Of a DNA stretch of 64,000 nt, positions 1 through 10,605 are shown piece by piece. The translations under genes and the position numbers were made by a program. Positions within the stretch are counted from its first letter, which is position 1, and each line of letters opens with the position of its first letter. Under the pieces are notes generated by a model that saw nothing but the letters and a program-made list of their open reading frames with translations, did no database searches and was not told the origin of the DNA. The stretch is from Phaeosaccion multiseriatum (Eukaryota > Protista > Ochrophyta, other classes), in assembly GCA_965112735.1 (NCBI GenBank), contig OZ218950.1, positions 7,316,001-7,380,000 on the forward strand. The letters are read 5' to 3'.

Positions 1-309
1 GAAGGAGGTGGCAGTCCTCCCACCCAGGATGCCGCCTCGTCCGTCCTTCTTCCCCGCAGCTTTGTCCTTGGTGGTGGCCTGCTTCTTCTTCTTCTTCACG
101 TCCTCTCCTCTCTCTCCGTCTTGCCTCCTCCTGCTGACATCGCTGCTACCGCCTGGCTTCTTGCCCCTCCCCTTCACCTTGCTCCCCCCTTGCTCCTGTT
201 GCTCATGCTGGTCCTGCCCCTCGTCCTCATCCCAGGGCATCTGCACCTCACCCCCCCCTTCATCTCCCTTTCTGCTGCTGCTGCTGCCGCCGCCACCAGG
301 GGCCACCAT
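1..309 (-). CDS. 5' part of an unknown charged low-complexity protein, running off the window edge
   Basis: ATG at 309 with an in-frame stop just upstream. It opens 103 codons to position 1 (MVAPGGGGSSSSRKGDEGG...DVKKKKKQATTKDK...), with an NLS-like basic cluster. It lies head-to-head with the fibrillin gene. No domain recognised. Confidence 0.5.
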   Translation of the reverse strand, partial: MVAPGGGGSSSSRKGDEGGGEVQMPWDEDEGQDQHEQQEQGGSKVKGRGKKPGGSSDVSRRRQDGERGEDVKKKKKQATTKDKAAGKKDGRGGILGGRTATSF

Positions 310-656
310 GCTTCAGGGTGTCCGCGATGCCAATAGGATCTCACCCGCTGCTCTTGGGTGCTTTGCCTGCCTCCTTGATCATTCCATCGCAGCTTTCCAC
401 CGCTACTTCGGCCCCTGGAGCTTCTCCTCACACTTCTTCTGCTATGGCTCTGCGGATGCGTCTCGCTGCTGCCGTTGAGAGGCTGTTTGGCTGCTCAACC
501 CACAATGAGGTAAATAACGATATCAAATAACGGAAAATCTTCGAGTCGATACGATACGTAATGATGAATTTGAATTTCAGACTCCCTTCTTCCCGCCCCG
601 GATCCCCGCCGCCACGCCAATCCTGCCTGCCAGCACGTTAGAGAGAGAAGAGAACG

Positions 657-993
657 ATGAATGCTATCGCATTTGGAGCTGCGGCCATGCTGATGGTATC
701 GGCAGCCTCCGCCTTTGCCTTTGTGCCCTTCTGTGCCCCCTCAGGCCTCACAAAAAGCCCTGGAAGGCCTCTTGTCGCGGAGCACCAACACTCTCAGCAG
801 AGCGGTGGAAGGCCAAGTAGATGGAGCGGCTTGCGCATGTCAGACGATGGGATGGACTACCCGAGTGACACAGGTGTGGGGGAGGCCTACGAGCCGCCAC
901 GGGAGCAGAGCGCGGAGGCCAAGATGGAGCTGACCAAACTCAAGGTAGGCCTCAGCAAGAAAGGATAAAGGCGGGAGGATCCGCTGCTGCCGG

Positions 994-1024
<31 letters not shown>

Positions 1025-1860
1025 TGCTTGGAAGGGGGGGTACAGCTCTTAGGCGTGGGCAAAGGGATGGACAGAGAGGCTCTGGAGGTGAAGAGACGGG
1101 GGCGTGCGGGGAGTATAGCCCGCACTTGGCGAGGGATTGCGTGGGAATATGTGCTGGAGTGCTGGTGAACAAGCCCATGTGGGGGTGGTTTGCTGCAGTG
1201 AGTGACAAAGCAAAATATCCGCGTCTGCTCCTTCCTCTAAGTCGCCGCGCAGTCCTCCTTCCTAACTCTCTCCCTCTCTCTTTTCCATCCCGCCTCACAA
1301 CAGGTGGAGCTGTTGCGCCTCGCGGCCGCGACGGACCGGGGACAGCTCATGAACACGGAGAGCGGGGCCGCCGACAAGGAGCTCGTGAACGACATCCTCT
1401 ACTCCATGGAGTCGCTCTCCCCCATCCACGAGACCGCGGGCAGCTTCGAGCTCAAGGCGAGTCAAGAGGAAGGGTCGGTGGCAGGGTGTGTGTGTAACAT
1501 CCCGGCAATCACCCCCTTCTCACACCCGTCGCTAGCTTATGCTCTCTAGTCGTAGCCAGAGAGGATGGTGTGCACGTCGGAGGCGTATGTGCTGTGTGCG
1601 TACACCTCCGTCCCCAACCTTCGCTTTGCCTCCCCTTGAGTACGTATCAGTAACCTCCTGCCCCCTGCCCACTCACACAGGGCAAGTGGCTGCTGGTGTA
1701 CTCTTCCGACGATATCACGCGGTCCTCTCCCTTCTTTTGGACGTGGCGCAAGGTGTCAGAGAGCCTCAACACCGCCACTGCCACAGACGCCATTTTTGCC
1801 CTCACAGACAACATCCCCGTCAAGCACATCGGACGGGCCATGCAGGTATGGGCGTGTGTA

Positions 1861-1904
<44 letters not shown>

Positions 1905-2620
1905 TGTGTCCGGGTGTGTGTGTGTGTGTGGGTGCGTGTGTTGTGCTTTACGTGTGCTGTCACACACCCCTGGAGCTCCTTCTTTTCACCCCACAAGAAT
2001 GAGCTAAATGGTTTTCCCACATTTTAACCGCCCCCCTCTCTCCCTCATTTTATCGGTGGGTCCCTCGTTGTTGATTGGGTTTCTGCGGCTGGCGTGTGTG
2101 TGTGCCCCAACAGACTATCGATGAGGACACTCTAGTGAATGAGGTGGAGATCTTCGCAGGCAGCAAGGGCGGCAAGCTCTCTCTGGGCAGCAAGATGACC
2201 ACAACTAGCGAGGCCTGGCCCAAGGGCATGCAGGAGACAGAGCTCAAGGTAAGCTGGGGTGGTGTAGTGTAGGGCCTGGCAGGCTACGCAAGCGTCACAG
2301 GGTATGGTACGCTCTGAGCCAAACAGGCACAGGCCGATTTTAAGAATGCTCCCGCGTCTCGCCTCCCATGGCACGTCGTATGGCTGAAACGGCTGAACAA
2401 GTGCTGCTACTCTACCCACCCCACCCACCGCATGACCTGACTCCCATCGAATGACCGCCATTGCACGACACAGGCCACCAAGACGCAAGTTGTGGACAGC
2501 AGCATCGGCAAGCTCCTTGCGCCCATCTTCTCAGTGGATGACTTGGCCTTCCCCACCGACACCTTCTTCGAGGCTGTGGGCAGGCTCAAGGGCATCGGGG
2601 GGGGGGGCAGTGGGGGGGAT

Positions 2621-2658
<38 letters not shown>

Positions 2659-4532
2659 GGGGAAGGAGACGGTGACCATGACCACAACCTTCTTGGACGA
2701 GGACATGCGCGTGTCGAGGTGAGAGAGACAAGTGGAGGGCGCCACCAAGCAAAACATGGAGGGGGCATTGAGTCCCGTTGCGGTGTATCCTTACGAAGCT
2801 TTGGTCTGTCTCCTCTCCTCTCTTGCTCTTACGAAGCTTTGGTCTGTCTCCTCTCCTCTCTTGCTCTTACAAAGCTTTGGTCTGTCTCCTCTCCTCTCTT
2901 GCTGTCACAAAGCTTTGGTCTGTGTCCTCTCCTCTCTTGCTCTTACGAAGCTTTGGTCTGTCTCCTCTCCTCTCTTGCTCTAACAAAGCTTTGGTCTGTC
3001 TCCTCTCCTCTCTTGCTCTAACAAAGCTTTGGTCTGTCTCCTCTCCTCTCTTGCTCTAACAAAGCTTTGGTCTGTCTCCTCTCCTCTCTTGCTCTCACGA
3101 AGCTTTGGTCTGCCTCGTCTCCTCTCTTGCTCTTACGAAGCTTTGGTCTGTCTCCTCTCCTCTCTTGCTCTAACAAAGCTTTGGTCTGTCTCCTCTCCTC
3201 TCTTGCTGTCACGAAGCTTTGGTCTGTCTCCTCTCCTCTCTTGCTCTTACAAAGCTTTGGTCTGTCTCCTCTCCTTGCTCTTACGAAGCTTTGGTCTGTG
3301 TCCTCTCCTCTCTTACAAAGCTTTGGTCTTGTCTCCTCTCCTCTCTTGCTCTAACAAAGCTTTGGTCTGTCTCCTCTCCTCTCTTGCTCTTACAAATCTT
3401 TGGTCTGTCTCGTATCCTCTCTTGCTCTAACAAAGCTTTGGTCTGTCTCCTCTCCTCTCTTACAAAGCTTTGGTCTGTCTCCTCTCCTCTCGCTCTAACA
3501 AAGCTTTGGTCTGTCTCCTCTCCTCTCTTGCTGTTACGAAGCTTTGGTCTGTCTCCTCTCCTCTCTTGCTCTTACGAAGCTTTGGTCTGTCTCCTCTCCT
3601 CTGTTGCTCTAACAAAGCTTTGATCTGTCTCCTCTCCTCTCTTGCTCTCACGAAGCTTTGGTCTGTCTCCTCTCCTCTCTTGCTCTAACAAAGCTTTGGG
3701 CTGTCTCCTCTCCTCTCTTGCTCTCACGAAGCTTTGGTCTGTCTCCTCTCCTCTCTTGCTCTAACAAAGCTTTGGTCTGTCTCCTCTCCTCTCTTACAAA
3801 GCTTTGGTCTGTCTCCTCTCCTCTCTTGCTCTTACGAAGCTTTGGTCTGTGTCCTCTCCTCTCTTGCTCTAACAAAGCTTTGATCTGTCTCCTCTCCTCT
3901 CTTGCTCTCACGAAGCTTTGGTCTGTCTCCTCTCCTCTCTTGCTCTAACAAAGCTTTGGTCTGTCTCCTCTCCTCTCTTGCTCTAACAAAGCTTCTCTCC
4001 TCTCTTGCTCTAACAAAGCTTTGGTCTGTCTCCTCTCCTCTCTTGCTGTCACGAAGCTTTGTTATGTCTCCTCTCCTCTCTTGCTCTTACGAAGCTTTGG
4101 TCTGTCTCCTCTCCTCTCTTGCTCTAACAAAGCTTTGGTCTGTGTCCTCTCCTCTCTTGCTCTAACAAAGCTTTGGTCTGTCTCCTCTCCTTGCTCTAAC
4201 AAAGCTTTGGTGTGTCTCCTCTCCTCTCTTGCTGTTACGAAGCTTTGGTCTGTCTCCTCTCCTCTCTTGCTCTTACGAAGCTTTGGTCTGTGTCCTCTCC
4301 TCTCTTACAAAGCTTTGGTCTGTCTCCTCTCCTCTCTTGCTCTAACAAAGCTTTGGTCTGTCTCCTCTCCTCTCTTGCTCTAACAAAGCTTTGGTCTGTC
4401 TCCTCTCCTCTCTTGCTCTCACGAAGCTTTGTTATGTCTCCTCTCTTGCTCTGTGTCTGTGCTGTGCGTGTCCCGCCCGTCCTCCGCAGGAACGAGTTCA
4501 ACGAAGTGTTTGTGTACGTGCGGGAGGACTGA
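657..4532 (+). CDS. Plastid lipid-associated PAP/fibrillin family protein, 6 exons (657-944, 1304-1456, 1681-1845, 2114-2248, 2474-2718, 4490-4532)
   Basis: Signal peptide followed by the ASAF heterokont plastid motif (MNAIAFGAAAMLMVSAASAFAF). Fibrillin motifs AATDRG, LKGKWLLVYSS and C-terminal TTFLDEDMRVSRNEFNEVFVY join in frame. Intron 2 has a GC donor. Confidence 0.88.
2789..4452 (+). repeat. 38-bp intronic minisatellite, roughly 44 copies (AAGCTTTGGTCTGTCTCCTCTCCTCTCTTGCTCT[TAC]AC[AG])
   Basis: AAGCTT recurs at 38-bp spacing (2796, 2834, ...), with occasional short deleted units. It fills fibrillin intron 5 and has no unique spacers. Confidence 0.97.
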
Positions 4533-4709
4533 GCACGGCAATGAGCACGGCAAAGTTGTCATTCAGTAGCGTGGCTATCAAGTTAGCCAGCAGGAGGCTG
4601 TGAGCGCCTTCTTGTGTGGGACGAGGTTCAGCTGCCCTGCCGTGTCTGGAACATGTTGCTGCCCATGCTGCCACAGCTGCAGCTGCTGCTGTAGAGAATG
4701 GCGTGGTGG

Positions 4710-4965
4710 TGACAGTGAGCCGGGGCAAGGTATTGCTGCTGCCCCACTGCCACAAAGAGGATGGGGGCCAGCGTGGAGAGCACGATCTGAGGCTTTGTGG
4801 CTGCCTACCACCGCTATCGCTCAGGAGGAGCAGGGGGGGATGATGATGACGACAAGCTGAAGGAGGAGTGGGCGGTGCTGGAGGAGAGCATGGTTGCGGC
4901 GAGTGAGAGCAAGCGGCGCGGACGGACGGCGCTGCGGGCGTGCGAGCGTGTGGAGGGCCCTGCTG
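4710..4965 (+). repeat. Dispersed repeat family, copy A (related to 58870-59110, 61376-61600, 61985-62160)
   Basis: Shared core GGGCGGTGCTGGAGG(A/G)GAGC(A/G)TGGT(T/G)GCGGCGAG(T/C)GAGAGCAAG plus flanking GATGATG and GCTGCCCCACTGC blocks. Confidence 0.8.
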
Positions 4966-5075
4966 CTCATCCACAAGTTGGGGTTTGATATTTACTGACT
5001 TACTGACGCCAATCCGTGATCGCACTCCTCCGTCCGATGGCCATCCCTTCGTACTGGGTGCAAGGGTTGAGGGGG

Positions 5076-5180
5076 GCCGATTACAGTTAATTTAAAATTG
5101 AGCCGATTACACACAATTTGAGTTATTTTAAAATTGAGCCGATTACACACAATTTGAGTTAATTTAAAATTAAAATTAAC
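5076..5180. repeat. AT-rich 36-bp tandem repeat (~2.5 copies) between convergent genes
   Basis: AAAATTGAGCCGATTACACACAATTTGAGTTA(A/T)TTT repeated, forming an AT-rich island in GC-rich DNA. Confidence 0.85.
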
Positions 5181-5392
5181 ATCGCAAAAGTGTGCGTGTT
5201 CCTTGACAGGCAAACAAGCCTTCCAGCCTCCAAGTCATTACATGCCGATTAATAATAAGCGGCTCACGTCCACAGCTCCACCCCAGGCTAAGGCTTCGCT
5301 TTGCCAAAGCCCCGTCTACTGCCGTTGTGCCACAGTGTACAAAATGTTTCAGTTTTTTCAAGATCAAGTGAGTCAAGAAGGAAGGAAGGATG

Positions 5393-7285
5393 TCAAAAGA
5401 AGTCCGTGAGTCGCCTTGGTGCCTTCTCCTTTGGAGTCTCTTCAACCCTCTCGCTGCGCCCCCGCGGCCGGAGGACATCAGGGGCTTCCCAGTCCACCCC
5501 GGGGGGCGCCGCGGCATCGCTCAAGCAAGGAAAGAGAAGTCCGGGGGTCGCCGCGCTGCCCTCTGTGCCCTCTGTGCCCTCTGTGCCATCTGTGCCTTCT
5601 CTGCCCTCTCCATCGCCCGTGGAGTCCCCCCGGGTCCCGCCAGGCTCGTCGTCGCCAGCTGCAGCCCCGTCGGCCGGGGTCTCCTCCTTTGGCTCCTCCG
5701 GCCCTTTGGCCTCTGTGTCAGCCCCTGACCCCTCCTCCCCCTCCTCAGCCTCTGCAGCCCCCTCACTTTCATCCTCAGTCTCATCTGCCGCTTCCTTCGC
5801 CTCAGTCCCCGCCCCGGCCTCAGAGGGGGGCACATCTTCAGAGGGGGGCACATCCTCAGCCTTCCCCTCCCCCTCCGCTCCACTTCCCTTGTCGTCGTCG
5901 GGGCCTTGCACGCTCTCTCTGGTGAGTACCTCAGCCGCCGCCAACCCCTCGCCCCCACCTTTATTGGGCAGGCTCTCCAGGCTCTGCAAGCTCTCCCTGC
6001 CCAGCACGTCTGCCCCCTCCTGCAGCGTCTCCTCCAGCGTCAACTTGCGCGCTTCCTCCGCCAGGGCCGCCAGAGATCCCCCACTGCCGCTCGACGGTCG
6101 AGAGTGGGAGGATCCCCCCGAGCTTCCTGACCCTCCCGTGCTCCCCCGGGCCGCGCGGCCGTGCAGCCTCCGCCTCGCCTCGCTGTGCATTCGGAAGGAG
6201 GCAGGCCGCTTGCCGCAGATCATGTCGATCTCCGCCTGCACAAGTGAGCGGGGCCGAGTGGGGAGGGACGAGTAGGAAAGGCAGGTAGGTGAGTGAGCCA
6301 AGCGAGCATGAGGACGGAGTGGTGAAGAGGCAGACCAGGCCCAAGGGCAGCGAACACCACCACCGGCCCACCGGAGGAGGAGGAGGAGGAGGAGGAGGAG
6401 GACGAGGAGGACGAGGAGGAAACCCATCGCATCGCATCGCACCTGGGATGACTTCTGGTCAGTGCTGAAGGCGAAGCCCCCCACAGAGCCCCCCACAGAG
6501 CCCGACCGGACCATCCGCGAGAGGCGCGGGAGGTCGGGGGGCGGTGTACTCATGTTCATGCGGGAGGGGGGCGGGCCGACATTGCTCAAAGGGGGGGCGG
6601 TGGGCGTGGGGATCGGGGACGCATGGGCCGACGTGGCCGACGCTGGCCAGGGCAGGGCAGTTGGTGATACAGGACAGGGCAGGGGGGAAGGGAGGGCGGG
6701 GCAGAGGGAGCAAGAGGCAGAAAGGGTAGGGAGGGACGGAGCGAAGAATGAATGAGGGTGTAAATACGTCACCCATCCCCTTGAAACAAAATATACACAT
6801 GCTGGAGGGTGATGAACATCAAGTAGTCAAGCCAGTCTAGTTCAAAATAGTCTGATGCCAGTGTAATACCAGAGTGTTGGAAACCGTCCTCCTGCCATCC
6901 TCCTTCCCTGCTGACTAAGTCAGTGACTCAGTCAGTGACTAAGTCAGTGACTCACCTCTCTCTCTGTCGCTTGCCCTGCTGGCGAGGCGGTCTCTGTCGG
7001 GGGTGCTGAGGCGCGAGGAGGGCAGAGCGCCGCTCAAGTTCAGGTGCCGGATAGACTCCATCGTGTGCAGCCTTGGGGGGGGGGGATGGCAGTGGATAGG
7101 GAGGGGAAGAGGAGAAGAGAGAGGACGTTGGAAGAGAGCCGCGCCATGGCCTCCACACAAACAAACATACGCCATGGCCTCCACACAAACAAACATACGC
7201 CATGGCCCCCCAAATGGTCCAACATCCTCTTCCCTCCACCCCGGGGTCTGCCTGCCTGCCTGCCCGCCCGCCAAACTGACTGCTC

Positions 7286-7316
<31 letters not shown>

Positions 7317-9540
7317 CATACGCCTCTCACCTGTTCCTGGAGTCAGCGGCCACAACGTTTCCGATGTTCTCATGTGCCCTGAGAGTCTCCCTCAGCTCCT
7401 CCGGCAGCTCAAACTCATCCTGCAGCCCGCCCTTCTCCGCCTCCAGCAACACGTGGTGCAGCTTGGGTTGGAACCATCTGAGCAATTACACACCACACAG
7501 CAGGGAGATGGAGGGTAAGGCTGTGGGGGATGGCAGGTGATGGCAGGTGGCACCGGACGCCATCTATCCTTCTGCTTCCTCTCCCTCATTCCCCAGGCCA
7601 GATAGACAGAGCGAAAGACAGACAAAATCATTGACATACCTGTGGTAGCCCTTCCACACGAGCTCCCTGAGGAGAATGCCGCTGGTGCCGAGCAGTACGG
7701 TGAGCCAAAAGACGGGGTTGGTGAGCAACTGATCCATGGTGCCGAAGAAATCCCAGCCCAGAGAGATTATGTAGGTCCAGCGGTTGATGGCCACCGCACA
7801 CACGAACATGAGGCTGGTGGAGAGCAGCACCACGACGGCCTCCACCCAGTGCCACCTGGTCATGACGAAGCAGATCTTGATGTTGACCCCGAGGGTCATG
7901 ATGACGAAGGCCGTGGTGCCGAACTCCAGATAGGAGGGTGTGTTGGCTTGCGAGGCGGGGGCCTCCTGCAGCCCGAAGATGCACACCATCGTGACCCATA
8001 CGCCTGGGTATAAAGAGGAGGAGGGGAGGGGAGGGGAGGGGAGGTCGTGTGAGTGCTAGTGCTGTCAGCACCGTCAGAGATTTTGAGTGCTAGTGCGGTG
8101 AGTGCTTACCCTCGAGGACGCCCTGCATGATCCACGACCAAAACACGGAGGGCTTGGCGAAATTGTCCACCCCGGGGAGGCCTGTGCGGTACAGCCAAGG
8201 GTAGCGCAGGGACATGTCCTGAGGGGGAGGGGGAGGGGGGGTGGAGAGAGGAGGGGAGGGGAGGAGGAGAGGAGGGGAGAAGGAGAAAAGGGTGGGGGAG
8301 GGGCTTAGGGTGGGCCGAGAGGAGGCACCTTCGTGTAGGAGTTGAGCACCAAGCCAGAGGACCAAGCCAGAGGACCAGAGCCGCAGGCAGGAAGGCGCGT
8401 GTGTGCGTCCTTTGTCAGGAAGGCTTGCGTGTGTGCGTGTACACTCGACCACGCCCCCACCCACCCATTGACACACTACCCACTGCCATCCACTGCCATC
8501 GACGCACCTGACACACGTCCATGTCGTACACCCCGAAGAGGATGACGGGCAAGCTCGTGTACATGATCGCCCAAAGGTTGGAGTTGATGTAGTCGTAAGA
8601 GAAGGTGCCCGACAGGCCCATCCAGAAGGAGTAGAAGAAGAGCGGCACGGCCCAAGCCACGGACTTGTAGATGAGGTACGTGGTGCTGTAGCTCATGCGC
8701 CAGTAGTTGTAGCGTCCGTGGCACAGCAGCAGCTTCTCAAGGAACCTGTGATGGAGGGATTGGTGATACAGGCGATGGATGCATGCAATCATGATGGAGG
8801 GATTGGTCATACAGGGGATGGATGCATTCAATCATGATGGAGGGATTGGTGATACAGGGGATGGATGCATTCAATCATATTCCATCGAGAGGGCGGGGAG
8901 GTGACGTGAGCGGCGGGGACAGACATTGGCCGCACATTGGCCGCAAGTTGACCGCAACACGTATCCCCCCCCCTTGCCTTGGTAACACCCCTCAGACTCA
9001 GACAGCGTTGCATGCTTGACAGCGTTGCATGCTTGACAGCGTGTATGCTTGACAGCGTGCATGCTTGCTGCCCATACGCCTGCGTGCCTCACCTGAACTG
9101 CGCGAAGCTGTAGTCGCTGGCGTTGGAGGCCTGCAGCCCCTCCTGCCCGCTGATGCCCACCCCAATGTGCGCCGCTTGGATCATGGGCACGTCGTTCGCC
9201 CCGTCGCCAATGGACAGCGTACGCGCCCCCGGCACGTTGTCCTTGACCTGCATACACACACAGAGATAGAAAGAGAAGAGAGAGAAGGGGGGGGGGGAGG
9301 GAGAAAGATGGAGAGAGAGTGAGGGAGATAAGAGATGGAGATACAGAGAGAGGGAGAGAGAAAGAGGAGAGAAAGAAAGAGAGAGAGAGGAGAAAGAGAG
9401 AGAGAGAAGGAGAGAGAGAAAGAGAGAGAGAGAGGGGGGAAAGACAGAAGGGGGGGGAGAAAGAGAGAGAGGGCAGAACGAGAGATAGAGAGGGGAGAAA
9501 GAGAGAGGGAGACAGAAAGAGGAGAGAAAGAAAGAGAAAG

Positions 9541-9576
<36 letters not shown>

Positions 9577-10547
9577 GACGCCACCCGTAAGCCGCTGCCC
9601 CTCTTGTCCCCTCCTTGAGCGTGTCAGCAGCTCCCACTCCTCTTCCCTCCCCTGCCTCCCCTGCCCCACCCACCATGGTGACGAGCTGCTTCTTCTGATC
9701 GGGCGACATTCTGCAGCCCACCACTGCCTGGCAAACACTCGAGAACTTGAGCAGCGCCAGACGAGCACTCTGCTGCTCCAAGCCCAGGCCGGACAGAGAC
9801 TCCACTAGCGACTCGCGCAGCACTGCATCACTCGCTCCGGCACCAGCACCAGCACCAGCACCAGCACCAGCACCAGCACCAGCACCAGCGGCACTGCCAT
9901 TCGCGGTGGTGGCACTCGTCGTGCCCACACTGGAGGTCCCAGTGGCGCTGCCGCGGGAGTCTGGGGAGGCGAGAGACAGAGAGAGATGGAGAGAGAGAGA
10001 CATACACAATGGTCAATGCGGTATTGTATCAACACCAAAGAAGGCAATCAATGGTAAATGTATCAACAACCAAAGGCCGAAGAAGGCCATCCCCGAGCCT
10101 CGACCCCAGTCAAAAGCCCTCCCATTCCCTGCCATTCCCTCCCTCCCCTCCCCCTGCCTTCCTCCCTCTCTCCTCACCCTTGACGGGGCTCTTGACCACG
10201 GCGTTCTCCTTGGCCGCAGCGGCCGCAGCGGTGGCCGCTGGATCTGTGAGTGCGTAGGCCGGCCCGTCGATCACCAACACGCGTGGCTTGGTCGTGCCCC
10301 CCTGGTCCTCCTCCTGCTCCTCGCGGAACCTTTCGTACTCGTACGTAAGGATCTCCTCCATGTCCTTGGCCGTCCTGTACAAGCGTACGGGCAGAGAGAG
10401 GCGTATGGGCAGGGCATGGGTCAAAACCTTCATCTCTCTCTCTCTCCTTCATCTCACTCTCCCTCTCTCTCCATCCCCCCCCCCCTCCCTCCCTTGTATC
10501 ATTCGCGGTATCAACATCCCTCCGCGCCCCGCTCAGAGCACTGGAGC

Positions 10548-10605
<58 letters not shown>

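Noticed and set aside
2789-4452. 38-bp array as a CRISPR array or as Leu/Ser-rich coding repeats
   Set aside because: Units are contiguous with no unique spacers, there are no cas genes, and the context is a eukaryotic intron. The period is not a multiple of 3 and the flanking fibrillin exons join in frame.
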